64,000 bases of DNA from the human T2T-CHM13v2.0 reference genome, Homo sapiens. The stretch lies in the NCBI RefSeq assembly GCF_009914755.1, contig NC_060939.1; one strand, 5' to 3'. Shown piece after piece: positions 11,976-25,737 of this stretch. The first letter of the stretch is position 1, and each line of letters opens with the position of its first letter. A program made the position numbers and the translations under genes. Under the pieces are notes generated by a model that saw nothing but the letters and a program-made list of their open reading frames with translations, did not search any database and was not told the DNA's origin.

Positions 11976-14242
11976 CTGCTGTGATTGTTAGGAGATTGCA
12001 GTGATTCAGCAACTTCCTTGTTGGTAACTTTTCAGTTCTCTGTTTTTAGGATTTTGTTCCCCCGTTTATACGTTTTTCAATTACAAGGATATATATTTGA
12101 CTGGATCATCACGTTCTCCTTCAAGATCTGCACCTCCCTCCTCTTCTGCTCCTGATTTCTCCCATGATTCCTTCTTTTCCAGAACATGTTTTATCCCTTT
12201 GTCAAGACTAACGACCCCATGATTGACATGCTGGTTTCCCTCCCCTCTCTGGAATTAATTTATCTTTAAACACTTCATAAACCTGGATGCCCATGCCTCA
12301 TGATCTTTTCATCATTGGCTTGAAACTCCTTAGCCCTGGATTGGTCCTTCCTCTTTGCCTCTGCCCCTATATTCCCTGGACAACCGAATGTTCTTGGAGA
12401 AAAATGCTACAGTACTTCTTGTACTAGGGCCAACAACTCTAGAGGCTGGCAATGAGTGACACTATTAGTGTTCTTTGGCCCATGTATCACATAGGTTATG
12501 GGAAGCGCTGGAGGCAGTGTATCAAGTCCCCTCCCTAGAGTTTCCTCCATTCATATGACGACTCTGTTTACAACCAAATGCTTCATTAGCTCTGGATTGA
12601 AGCAGTGAGAGTGTCATTTACAGAACAGCGTCAGTCTAATATTAGTCAAGTACTCATCTGTTAGCTGTTTAGTTGTACCTAAACATTAAAATAAGATATT
12701 GTCACTAATATTTTAATTGTCATGGGTTAAAAGATCAAGTTTTTTATTCTCTGCAATTCTGGGCAAATATTTTCTGCAAAAACTGTCATCTTGATTATAT
12801 CTGGAGCTAGGAAAAGGAGATCTAGTGAAGAAATGAGTGGGAAGCAAGTGAGCTCTGATCTCCCTTCCTCTGCTTTCTCCTTTTCCCTTCCTCTGACCAT
12901 TTTGTCTCCCAAGAGGAATGACTGAGTCACAGGCATACAATGGAGAGGACACATGACTGAGAAATAAGAAATTGAGCAACTAAAACTACCTCTAGAGCAC
13001 TGCTGGGAACAGATGGAGAGCAGGCAGACTTGCTTAGCAGGAAGGAGGAGCCGTGTCAAGCTGCTGGAGGAGGCGTCACTGGAGGACCTTTCTAGAAATG
13101 GCCACCTCCTCGACTAAAGAGACCCATGACCTCCTCACAGATGGATATCTCTGGAATATGCTCAGAGAGGGATACATGTATGGCACCTGCTTCTCTCATT
13201 TTATTTTCTGAAATTCATATTGCATGCACCATTAAAGAATCCAAGAAATTCTCCAGAAAAGACATTTGTTTATCTCTGTTTAACCTAGTAGATTACCACA
13301 TTTATTTTACCTAAGAATTTCTTTTCCAATCCCACTTATTAACATCCCAAATAACTAGGGGGTCTCAGAAACACCTACTGGGTTATAAAGCTTAGCTCTA
13401 ACCATAACTGAAACAGAGATTAACCATAAATGTTGGCATTGTCATCTAATAAATAGAGTGAACAAAAACACACCAAAGAATGGAACTGGGGAACATGAAC
13501 ACTGAAAAAGAAGAAAAGGATTCAAGAGAAAGCTAAGAATTACAGAATGTGAAGGAAGAAAGGTTTCAATGGGACCAACGGTAGCACGGTGATCTAGGAA
13601 GATGAAGCTTAACAAGGGTCTTTAGATTTGTCAATTATAAGAACAGTTATAATGGTGACTTGCATCTACTTCTAATTTCTCTTTGTCACACATAAATCAG
13701 AGTAGTGAGGGTTGAAATAATGGTCCAATGTGGGATTTATATTAGCTTTTTGGTCTCTTTTAGACAGGATTTTCTCATCTGCAAGGTGATGAGAGCCTAT
13801 CTTTTGTATTACACAATCTCTTTTATTTTGACTTTTAAGTGTCATATTGTAATGAACTTTGTCAGTAGGTCCAGATAGAAGCAAAATTTGAAGAAAATAC
13901 TCTGCTCCACAGATACTGAATTATCTGGCTTTTTATGAGATATTTCAGGGCATTTCTGGTCATTTGTATAATTAGGTTACCTTTAAGGCTGGTACTTGTA
14001 GGGATGCTTGGGAACTCTTTGTTTCCTGATAGCAGGATACATGGAATGGGGAGGATGTGCAGAATTATTACAAGTATGAAAGGTACATTGGCAAATGCAG
14101 AAGAGTCCTTGAAATAGATAATTCATTACAAATGGAGTCTGAATTTTCTTTTCATAGGAATATATCTTCAAAATTATAATCAAAACCAGTCTACATGTAA
14201 ATTTTACATTAGGCCATTCAATATATAAAACAAAGTCCAACT

Positions 14243-14572
<330 letters not shown>

Positions 14573-14624
14573 CTATCACATAGCCCAGTCTTTAAACTGT
14601 TTGACTTTACCGAAGTACTTGTGA

Positions 14625-14815
14625 ATAAAATTATATGATTTCTAAGATTTGCTTTAAAATAATCCAATCCATTGGATGGAGTGGGTTGGGGAGATGGAAT
14701 GGGAGGTGAATATGTGTTGAACATTCTGGAACTGGGTGGTAGGTACACAGAAGATATGGAGGTTCATTCTACTATTCTATTTACTTTTGTATATGTTTAA
14801 AATTTTTCATTAAAA
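14625..14815 (+). mobile_element. Old L1M 3' end
   Basis: gatttgctttaaaataatcca...ggaggttcattctactattctatttacttttgtatatgttt. Confidence 0.65.
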
Positions 14816-14839
14816 AAAAAACAAAAGTGTTTGACTCAC

Positions 14840-14988
14840 CACCATAAGGGTCATCTCTTCCTTGAGGTCATCATATCTTTCTTCCAGGCGACTGAACTCA
14901 TTCAGAAGGTTCTGATATCTCAGCCTTTCATCATTAAGGTCGAGTTCCAGTTGTTTCGTTTCTTCTACTAACTTCTTCTCCATAGTTT
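14840..14988 (-). CDS. MYO5A: Myosin-Va exon 24 (149 nt), coiled coil
   Basis: tcag|AAA...GTG|gtgag; [49 protein letters not shown]. Confidence 0.97.
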
Positions 14989-17315
14989 CTGAAATTAAAA
15001 AAAGGATATGCATACTAAAGATGGCCCCTTGAGAATGCAATTGTGTAAACATGTATACTGATTTCCAGTTTCTCTGTAGGCAATTTTACTTTTAGTATCA
15101 CTGTGATCCATGAAGAGTGTCTTAGTAAAATTTAGGAAAAGAAAAAATGACCAAAAAATGAAATAATTTATTAATAATAACAATCATCTACTGAGTTATT
15201 CCATGTACTCTGGCCTTAGTACCACTAATTGATACACTGGTTACAGCACATCCTTGAAAAACTTCCACTAGTCAGTCACTGTCTAGTAACTAAAGTGTAC
15301 ATATTTTTATTCCAATGGTATTCTATTCATAAAATTATTTTGCCCAAAGTAGTGTACTCTCTCAAAATGACCTCCTCACAGATATTTCTCAAGAGAGATA
15401 TTTCTCAAGAGAATGGCAACTTTTCAGTGGACCCGGTTGTCCTACTCTACAGAGTCTCTCTTAATTTACCATCTCACAGTTCTGTCTTACGTTTTCTACG
15501 ACTTTAACCTCCCCTGCTGTCCTATTACTTCCCAGCTTCTAACCAGATAAAATGCTCGGGCCTGGCCAGCTGTGTTGTGTGCTTGTTGGTCATCCCCACG
15601 CGCTGCTGAGGAAACCTTGCCTTCTCCATTTACCTACACCCTCAGCCCTCTTTGTGGCTGTGGTTTGCTTTTGGCTAGGACATGATCTGGAGATTGGAGA
15701 TTAGCCCTTGACTGCAGATGAAGTAAAGTAACAAAACCTCAAATCTCAGCTGTATGTCTTAACTCAATCAGCCAACCAGTCACATTTATAATATTAAGCT
15801 TCTACCACTTTGCTCCATGTTACCCATATATTTTGAGGCTAAATCTTAATCTGCTCTGCCTGCTTCTATTGCTTCACCACTGCTTTCTCTGTGAGCACGA
15901 TGAGGCAAGGGCTACAAGTGTCTTGTCACAGCTGCTTTCCTGGTGCCCACCACAGTGCTTCCCTAGAGTAGGGCTTTAATAATTTGTAAATGAATGAATG
16001 AAAGAATTTCTTCTCTCTAAAACATTCTACAAGTTGCCTTTTATTCTCACCAGTTTGCAGAAGCTGCTCTGAGCCTACCAAAAAATTTTCCCTTGGCAAA
16101 CTCACTGTCATTTCTTTGTTCTTACAGTTCACTTTCAAATAACATTTTATATTTTCCTAGAAGATTCTCATCATTCTGGATCCTTCTGTTACATGCTGCC
16201 TCCCAGCAGCCTTCTTTCCAGGGCTCTGTTTTCTCCTTCACCTCTTAATTTTATTTTCTGGCTCCTTTTCTTTACCTCATCCCTTAGTATGGTCATTAAT
16301 TCCAGGTTTTCTTCTCTTTCCTCAGTATTAGCCCCTTCAGCTAGGAGAGGTGAGGCAGTCTCTCTTACCACCACAGTTTTAATGGGTATCTTTAGGCTCC
16401 CTTCTTATTTTTTCTCTACTCTTTAATCTGGATTTGCTTTCTGAATACCTCCATGTTGAGGTCCTAGCTGACATATCAAACTTAACACTCCAACAACTGG
16501 CCTCATTAATTTGCCTCATAAATGTATACTTTTTTCTCAATATCCGTATTACTAATAACATATCTTTATTGTTTTGTTATCTCATTGTAAAATCTTAGAA
16601 CATTTTTGCCTTTTTTGAATACCAGTGTAATCAACAGAATGTATATGAAAATGTATTATTTTCATATAATATATCCCCATTCCAAACCATCTTTTCTCTT
16701 CCATTTCCACCACTAATTACTGTATAGATCTGTATCTTCTTACCCCATATTTATATATATGTGGATTCCTTATAAACTTATCACCATTCTAACCTACCCC
16801 ACAAACAGAAAATAGAATAAATGTCCATATCTAGTTAGTTCTCTATTTTAAAAATTAGTGTTTTTTTAGACTAGCAAAGAGTGGTGAATCTTAGAATAAC
16901 ATCCATTGATTTAGCAAAAAAAAAAAAAAAAAAAAAGACAATACACACACACACAGAAATATACACATATCAGCTCAAAAATTCTTACTAAATCATTAGG
17001 AATCCTATAAGCCTTAACTAGTAAATCACACATGCAGAACAAATTAATTTTAAAAAAAAATTACATATGACACTGACTGAACCGGAGTTCACATTTGTAC
17101 CTAGAGATACCAGATTTACAAGTTTATCAAGCAACGAATTCAACCAAAATATCTGATCTGTTGCCTCTTGGAACTTTATAAATTTGCTGATGACAGCCTC
17201 AACTTTTAAAAATATTTAAATTCTAAATAATGTTGTGTAACTCATCAAATGACATTGTAACTTACATAACTTTGGTGTGAGGTTGGTTGGCGTGTAGTAC
17301 GCATATAAGCTTTAC

Positions 17316-17409
17316 CTGTCATCTCCTTAGCCTGCTGCACGATGCGGTGATTGAGGGCTTCTTTTTCTTGCTTCAGCAAAGTATTTTCTTCCTTCAGATT
17401 TGATACCAG
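17316..17409 (-). CDS. MYO5A: Myosin-Va exon 23 (94 nt), coiled coil
   Basis: gtag|CTG...CAG|gtaaa; [31 protein letters not shown]. Confidence 0.97.
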
Positions 17410-17499
17410 CTACGAAATGAAACAATAAACTGAGATGGTTGCAATGGACAGAGGAAGCCTGATGACCAAGGATAAAGACCATAAGCAGTCATTCCTTAC

Positions 17500-17725
17500 T
17501 TCCACCACCTCTGTGCTCCCTGTCTTTGCCTGGTTATGTCTAGTCACCTTACAAACTTGCTCAAGCATTACTCCCTCCCAAGAGCCTTCCTGAAACCCCC
17601 TTCAATTAGCTGTCTTTTCCCTGTGCTACTACAAGACCCTGTATATGCTCTTTATATCCGTTATAAATGATTTACTTTCCTCTTTTCCAGAATAGACTAG
17701 AATTTCTTGAAGGATAAGGATGGTG
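17500..17725 (+). mobile_element. L2 3' fragment
   Basis: agccttcctga...tagactagaatttcttgaagg L2-tail-like motifs. Confidence 0.5.
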
Positions 17726-18069
17726 ATGGTTTTTTACTTTACATTAAACATTAAAACATTAAAGTTTTTACTTTACATTAAACATTAAAAAATTGCCTGG
17801 CACTAAGTCAGCATTTGCTCTCAAAGGTAATTGATATTACCTTCTCCTCTGAATGCTTTCACACAAAGCTTATGTGTACCCATGATTCAAGTGGGGAGAT
17901 TAAGGAGGTTAAGAAGGATATGAGGATGTTTAGTTTGGGAAATTCACTGAAGAGCTTTTGATTCTCCCATCTGATGTCAAGAAAGAGAATTTCTCTTTCA
18001 TCTCCCTTTAAGAGTTTTACAAGGCTGAGAACTAGTCCTTTTATTCCATGTTTAAATAAGCATTGACAT

Positions 18070-18153
18070 TACAACAATGTCAATGTACTTAATGCCACAG
18101 AACTGTCCACTTAAAAATGGTGAAAATGGTAAATTTTATGTCATGTATATTTT

Positions 18154-18156
<3 letters not shown>
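18070..18156 (+). mobile_element. L1MB-like 3' terminal fragment
   Basis: aatgtacttaatgccacagaactgtccacttaaaaatggtgaaaatggtaaattttatg. Confidence 0.8.

Positions 18157-18202
<46 letters not shown>
18157..18202. repeat. (AC)23 microsatellite
   Basis: perfect dinucleotide run. Confidence 0.97.
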
Positions 18203-18204
<2 letters not shown>

Positions 18205-18910
18205 GTTGACTCTTAACTTTCTAGTTCTTTGCTGGATAAGGATTCCCAGGAAGGAAAAGTTAAAACCAAAGGTAATTTTGCAAAGTACATAATTTACTCA
18301 GCTCATCTTTGGAATAAAGTGTGTGCTTATGATGAGTAAAATCTGAATTCCTTTTTCTAAGCTAAAGTTTAAGGAACTCTGAAAACAAGAGCTTTAATAA
18401 TAGGGAGAGAACTGGCAGGCAAATCTCTTGTCATGTCAGGGGGTTTAGGACAGGAAAAGAGGGCTCCAGGGAGCAGGAAAGTTGGATAACTACACTGTGC
18501 CACACACAGCAGACATCAGTCCAGTAGGTATCCCTTCCGAGGGCTCAGTCTTTTCCCTCTGGACTGACCTTGCCTTAACATCCACTCTCAGTAAAAAAAG
18601 CCCCAGCTCTCTGTGGGCTTTCAGGAGAGGCTCTTGTTTGGTAGGGGTGCACAACCAATCACCTATGGTACTTTTTCAAAATAATGTGCCTAGCCCACAC
18701 TCCCAGAGTCTGGATAGCTCCCTTTTTATATAAAAACTCCCCAGCAGTTTTGATAAATGCTCTTGGTTAGGAACCATACATAACTCTACTGTAACTTCTG
18801 GGCTCCTTGATCAGACTGAGAATGTCATTTTCCTGACCATGAAGCTGACTGTCACAGTGAAATGTTTTCATTCTTCCCCTATCACTACATTCCATCAAAA
18901 GAACTAATGG

Positions 18911-19024
18911 GGCCAGGCGCAGTGGCTCACACCTGTAAACCCAGCGCTTTGTGAGACCAATGTGGGAAAACAGCTTGAGGCCAGGAGTTCAAGACCAGCC
19001 TACACAACATAGGAAACACCGTCT
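18911..19024 (+). mobile_element. Alu left monomer (FLAM/AluJ-like), tail-less
   Basis: ggccaggcgcagtggctcacacctgt...cttgaggccaggagttcaagaccagcct. Confidence 0.85.
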
Positions 19025-19945
19025 GAACTAAAGTTAGTGCCTACAGCTATCTCTGTGAGAAGTGGGAGAAAATGAAATGAAATGAAAGAAAAAATCTGAA
19101 TCTGCTTGTGTGTTTATTCTATCAGACTAGAAAGGCAAGAACTTGGCTTTGAAAAGGAAAGGAGAATCTTCCCACCACACTTAACTACTGTACAGATTCT
19201 GAGGAATCCGAAGCTGGAAAGCTTCCGTGGTTTGGGGAGACTTAAAGGGAAGAAAAGAGATCTTAAACATTCAAGAGTATCTTTTTGAGTGCACGTCTTA
19301 ATTCTGAGAGAACAAGCTTGCTGTATCAAAACAACATTATATAAAACAGAAAAGAATCTCACCTTTTGGCACTGCTGTTTCTATATATAGAGTACAGATC
19401 TAGAGATATAGGAGGAATTACTTTACTGGAACCTGTAATGCCATGGAAGGACTGCAATTTTACCAGCCACCCTATCCTAACCGACCTGCATCTAAGTTCC
19501 TGCTGTAGTTCTCACTGCATGTGCTGATATTAACATTTAGAAGTCAGTACAGACAAACCATATCAGGATTCTTGCCAGCAGTTACAGCTGACACAGGCAA
19601 CTCTGTTTTCATTTAAAGATGGTAATACCAGCGGAATCTCTGAAAATCGATTACTTTTTTCCAGGAAGCCTAATGTTGAGGTACTTTTACAAATGTTTCA
19701 GCAGTACATCTCATTACTACTTGACAATCTTAATGTCTTCTATACTTAATAAAGTTTTGATATGTTAATACAAATTTGAAGCGTGCAAGTACTGGTCAAT
19801 CTGAAAGCATTTTGTGGGGAGGGTTCCATCTGCGTAAAGCTGTTGGTTGCAATCACTGTGCAGACATTTAGACTTCTCCTGCTTGGACTTCTTAATACAG
19901 CCTTAATGCAGGCTTCAACAAGGATCCCTACCATCAGGTACTAAA

Positions 19946-20071
19946 TATTATGTCTAATGTTCCATTATTAGAACACTAAGCATGTGGGAGTTATTTATAT
20001 TCTACTGCTCAAGGTCATTGCCAAAGACTGATTTTGCAATTCAAAAAATTGCAACCTTAGGCATAAATGGG
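19946..20071 (+). mobile_element. MER85 (non-autonomous piggyBac, PGBD3-related)
   Basis: gttccattattagaac quasi-palindrome, taagcatgtgggagttatttatat body, intact TIR aggcataaatggg followed by TTAA; other TIR decayed. Confidence 0.9.
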
Positions 20072-20096
20072 TTAATCACATTAACCCTACTGAAGA

Positions 20097-20154
20097 AAAA
20101 GGAGTCTACGCCCCAGACTGACTTTTTTTTTAAAAGGAGTCTATGCCCCAGACT

Positions 20155-20180
<26 letters not shown>
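20097..20180. repeat. 35-bp tandem duplication with expanded T tract
   Basis: aaaaggagtcta(c/t)gccccagactgac(T)n twice. Confidence 0.93.
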
Positions 20181-20186
<6 letters not shown>

Positions 20187-20456
20187 CAAGTGTTAGTAGG
20201 TACTTGGCCATTCTCTCCTAAAAATACAGCTTTGCCTCTGTTCTTATTAGAGTAGAAAGTTCTACTAAAAGACCTACAGCCTACTCATTGATAATGAGAA
20301 ATAAATGCTTGGGAAACAGTAATAATGAACAGTAATTCAACTAAAATTTGTACTGCATTTCTAATAAAACCAACAGTGAGTCACACGGACCAAGTCATGA
20401 TGACAGCACCTCTCTTTTGTGTACGGAGTAGATGGGGATATGGACATTATTCCTAC

Positions 20457-20705
20457 CTGCTCTGTTTCTTGTTTGTATCGATCTGCATGTTCCTCAATGC
20501 ATTTTTTCTCTGAACGAGTTTGCTCCAGGTCTTTCCGGAGCTTGGCAATTTCTTCCTGCAGACTAAGGACCCGCCCAGTGGCAACTTTCGCTTCCTCTTC
20601 ACTTAGTTGAAGACGTTCTAAGTCACTTCGTAGTTTCTCAGTCTCAGAGTTGTATATTCCTTCCAGATTGGTTAGTTTCTCCACAAGGCATTTGTAGTCT
20701 TTGTT
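20457..20705 (-). CDS. MYO5A: Myosin-Va exon 22 (249 nt), coiled coil
   Basis: aaag|AAC...CAG|gtagg; [21 protein letters not shown]...[13 protein letters not shown]. Confidence 0.96.
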
Positions 20706-21118
20706 CTTTAAACATACACATAAGTAACAATAAGTAAATACACATATCATCAAATGTATTTAGTAAGAAAACCATGTTTATTCATCATATTCATGCTATA
20801 TCATCATAACATTGATATAGTATCCAACCAAAATACTACAACATTTGCAATAGCACAACCAATACCTTCTAGGTGACACAAACAGAGAAGAAAACAGGCA
20901 CAATTAATTCAATTCTGTTTGATGTGGTAAGCAAGATGGATGTGATTTTCTCATAGTCACAGGGTGAGTTACATAGTAAATTCTTAATTTCCTGATTCTT
21001 AATTCAGAAATAGGAGGATCTATACTTGTTTTTGAAAACAGATCAAAATGTTGCTAAAAACCATTTACTAGCTTAGTGATGCGTACGAATGATTAAAACA
21101 GCCTCAAAATCCCAAGTT

Positions 21119-21424
21119 GGCCAGGTGTAGTGGCTCACACCTATAGTCTCAACACTTTGGGAGGCCAAGGCAGGAGGATCACAAGAGGCCAGGAGTTCAA
21201 GACTAGCCTGGGCACATAATGAGACCCCGTCTTTACAAAAAAATTTAAAAATTAGCTAGACATGGTGGTGTGCACCTGTAGTCCTAGCTACTTGGGAGGC
21301 TGAGGCAGGAGGATCACTTGAGCCCAGGAGTTTGAGGCTGTAGTGAGCCGTGATTGCACTGCTGTACTTTAGCCTGGGTGACAGGGTGAGAATCTGTCCT
21401 AAAACAAAAAACAAAAAAAAAAAA
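21119..21424 (+). mobile_element. AluJ
   Basis: ggaggatcacttgagcccaggagtttgaggctg J-type right arm. Confidence 0.9.
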
Positions 21425-21894
21425 CCCTCTCCCTACACACACACACGTTTCTCACAAATCTTTATGTTTACTACCTCAAAATTTCTCCCTCCCACTCAGA
21501 AAATCTTCCATCCCATTTCATTCTGATCCCTGTTTTGCTTTGCTCTCCTTAGCATTTTTATATTCTTAATTACCTTTATATCATTTACATGTGCTAAAAT
21601 ATTAGTAACTATCTTTAATCAAACAAACTTTTATCTCTGCAACAGATTGCAAGTTCATCAGAAGCATCAACATTTTCCTGATGCTTTTGCTATTTCAATG
21701 CTAAACCAACTCATCTGTAAAATGAACATGATACCACATGAAAATAAATGATAATTTTGATAGAGCATTGCCAAGTACAAAATACAGTATGCCTGGTTCA
21801 AGCTGGTGTTTGAAAAATAAGTAACATACAATATGACTCTTGGTCATAAAGGTTTGAAGCATTAGTAGATCTCTGTTCTCAAAAATAATTTCCT

Positions 21895-22205
<311 letters not shown>

Positions 22206-22396
22206 TTAGTTTTTGCAATTGTGATCCACCTTATGAGTTCATAAGTACTTCCATGCCCATTATGGAAATAAATACGGTCATAATTTTACTTTTTACTAAG
22301 ACCGAAGGGTAAAGTCAAAGAAAAACAATATTGAAAATAATCCTGGTGGATTTCTTCAGGCATACTCCACTCTCAGGGCCCCTTTGTGAAACACAC

Positions 22397-22636
22397 CTGC
22401 TCATCAACTTTGCGCTGCAGCTGCATGATCTTGTTCTCCATGCCGATGTGCAGCTTCTTATAGCGCTCCACTGAGCGAGCCTCAATTTTGAGCTTCTTTA
22501 GCTCACGCTTGGCCATCATCCGCCTGAAGCAGCACTGAAGGTAGATGATGGCATGCATGCTCCTCTTGTAGTGTGTGCGGGCCAGCCAGCCCCGGACTCG
22601 CTTCTGAATGATGACTGCTTTGTGCTCACGGAGTAT
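22397..22636 (-). CDS. MYO5A: Myosin-Va exon 21 (240 nt), IQ5-IQ6 and coiled-coil start
   Basis: gcag|ATA...CAG|gtgtg; [20 protein letters not shown]...[15 protein letters not shown]. Confidence 0.98.
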
Positions 22637-24225
22637 CTGCAGAAAAGGATAAGGGCAAGCAATGTCAAGACCCTGGACTACACTCATGATTATCAATCTA
22701 TGTCGGGCTGAAAATCCACACATTACCTAGAGGAAAAGACATAAAAGTTGAATTGACAATGTACTATGTAGATTATACTTATCACAGATATATGGAGGCT
22801 ACAAAATTATTTTTAAAAGTGATTTGAAAAGTAGACTTTAGAAGGTGATTTCAGAAACATACATAAAAATGTGTCATATGCACATATTATGTGTATAATT
22901 CTAAGCAGAATATAGAGTTGGAAGCTGTCTAAATAAAAAGCACCAGATTACCAAAAGAAAAACAACTATAAAAAGAAAGAAAAAATACATTAGGTTTCTT
23001 ATTAGTATATGATTTCTGTTGGCAACAGATGATCCTCTATAAAATTAACAGAACCAGGCATCCTGTAAACTATGTGCTACTAAAATAAGAGATATCCCCA
23101 CCACCCTGACTGCTGATACCACCTCACTATGCATTATTAGGCCCGTGCATGAGGACACGGGGTATGGGCAGCAAACTGTCTGTAGAGGCCAACACTTGGG
23201 GTACTAAAAAGTTTGTACTGATTTATTGATTTTTTTTTTTTTTTAGAAACTAAAAGATGACACTCTTGTTTACCACATTTGAGGAATACCATTCTAGTGA
23301 GGATTTTCCATTGCTATTTCAAATGTAGCAAGGATCCACTTTTGGGATTCAAAGGTAGGAGGGATGGGGCTTTAAAATGAAAGGTAAAAGTAAAAAGATG
23401 TGAAACAAACTAATCTTACTTTTGATTTTATGTTACATTTCCTAAAAAAAAATGATATTTCCCTAAACTTATAAACAAACAAAAGTTTGCCTTATTAGAT
23501 GAATTTGTTGTCGCTAAAGAGCACCAAAAAGACACCGTGTAAACATTTTCTAGGAAAGATGGAGAAGAAATTCTTGAATTTTAAGAAGAGGTAGCCAGGC
23601 ACAGTGACTGGATAAATAAAACTATTAATGCCAATTTTCCTGTTCCATTTGCTTCTCCCATGTAACTTTGGACATGGGTCCATTTTTGTAATTTTAGTCA
23701 AATGGAAACAGCATTTAATCAGAGCTTCCATTTTCAATCTCACTTTCATCATGAGTGAGAGAAATTAATCAACACCTGTACTCTCTTTAAGACCCCCCCA
23801 CTCCAAATCTCATGAAGGGGAACCTTGGACCTGAAATACAGCTAGAAGGAGCACTAATGTGATGGCTGTTGGCTTACATGTGAGCAAGCCTCTACGCTAC
23901 CACCTTCCACCCTGTCCAGTCACAGTGGGAGCCTGAGCTGGCCGGAGGCTGCCACTGCTAAACCAGTGACCTCAAAACCCAGCTCAGATGTTCCTAAGGA
24001 AAGTAGTGAGGAACACAGGAAGGTAACTAGTTTGGTGTATCTGAAAAGCAACTTCAAACCTCTTTCCTCCCTAAAATCTCACGCTTATATAGAAAGAGCA
24101 TGAGACTACATAAAGGAGGGGTGAGCAGAAAGATCTGGAGTAGCTATCTTCAAAACACAGCTATTAAATACACTCATTCAAGCCTCACCAGTTTCGAATT
24201 TTTTGTTGTCTAAAATCACTTCAAA

Positions 24226-24228
<3 letters not shown>

Positions 24229-24262
<34 letters not shown>

Positions 24263-24265
24263 ATA
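24229..24265. repeat. (TAAA)n microsatellite
   Basis: about 9 tandem units. Confidence 0.93.
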
Positions 24266-24677
24266 GGGCCTAGGTCACACCCATATACTGTCTGTGCTTA
24301 GAGACCCAAATCACCCCATTAATGCTCCTTCTAATGGTGATGTCCATAGAGCTCTAATATCCAGGCTTGTATTTCTCACTGATTTGAAATATAGCCTGTA
24401 GGATAGACTCCAAACCTTGCCAAAATGAAAGAGATAAAAATCGTTCATCAATGGTCACAGATGATAATTAAGACTACTCTGGTGACCCCATTAATTATTG
24501 CTAGATGTAAGATTATTTGTCAAAAACTTTTGGAGCATTGTATCTGTCAATACAATTTTAACCACATTAATGTTATAATTTGCCTCCTCTTCACCATGGT
24601 AAATTCTTCCAAGGTTGTCTCATTCTTGGAATAACCTTTAACCTGTTTGTCATATATTCTATCTATTCAAAGTTCTC

Positions 24678-25160
24678 TGTAGTCATCTGAATAGGGGGCC
24701 CCAAGGAAATTAGGTGCTAATCCCTGGAACCTGCAAATGCTATTTATTCAGAAAAAGGGCCTTTGCAGATGTGATTAGGTTAAGGGTCTTCAGATGGGAG
24801 GATTATCCTGGATCACATGGGTGGAACCAAATGCTATCATAATTATTCTTATAAGAGGCAGATAGGAGAAGTCAAGTCAGATACACAGAAGAGAAAATGC
24901 TGTGAAAACAGAGGCTGAGACTGGACTGATGTGGCTACAAGCACAGGAATGCTGGCAGCCACCAGAAGCTGCAAGAGGCAAGGAATGGATTCTCCCCTGG
25001 AGCTTCTGGAAGGAGAGCAGCCTGCTGACAACTTGATTTTGTCCCATTGATAATGATTTTGGACTTCTGGTCTCCAGAACTCTGAGAGAATTAATTTTGG
25101 CTGTTTTAAGGTAACAAGTTTGTGATAATTTATTATAGCAGCCACAGTAAACTAACATAC
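24678..25160 (+). mobile_element. MLT1 (C/D-like) ERVL-MaLR solo LTR
   Basis: ctttgcagatgtgattaggttaagg, gattatcctggat, agaagctgcaagaggcaagga, gattctcccctggagc, ccagaactctgagagaat. Confidence 0.88.
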
Positions 25161-25268
25161 TTTTTTTTCAAATTATATAAACAAAGAGAAAGAAGGAGGT
25201 AAAAGTTTTTTTCCCATTGTTTTGTTAATAACTGTATGTGATTATTTAGTATTTTAAAATGCATTTCA

Positions 25269-25457
<189 letters not shown>

Positions 25458-25580
25458 TCAATAGCTGGTTGTCCCCATACAGTTCCTACCTTCATTGTAG
25501 CCCCTGTGGTACTCTGTATAGATGTGAAATTTGGTTAATGCTAATAGAATGAATAAACAAAGTTGAAAATAATGCCTCAC

Positions 25581-25737
25581 CTTGCGATACCTATTTCTGG
25601 CCAAGAAGCCTCGCAAGTAAGACTGAAGAACAATAGTGGCAGCTCGTCTAATCTTGTACCTCCTGCGGACCACATACATGCGCCAGTACTTTTGAATGAT
25701 GGTTGCTGCCTTGGTTCTGCGCAGAAACTTAGCATAG
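25581..25737 (-). CDS. MYO5A: Myosin-Va exon 20 (157 nt), IQ3-IQ4
   Basis: ccag|CTA...AAG|gtgag; [52 protein letters not shown]. Confidence 0.98.

Noticed and set aside
16642-16668. 11-bp AT-rich inverted repeat tatatgaaaat/attttcatata
   Set aside because: Unremarkable in very AT-rich intron sequence and too short for a pre-miRNA.
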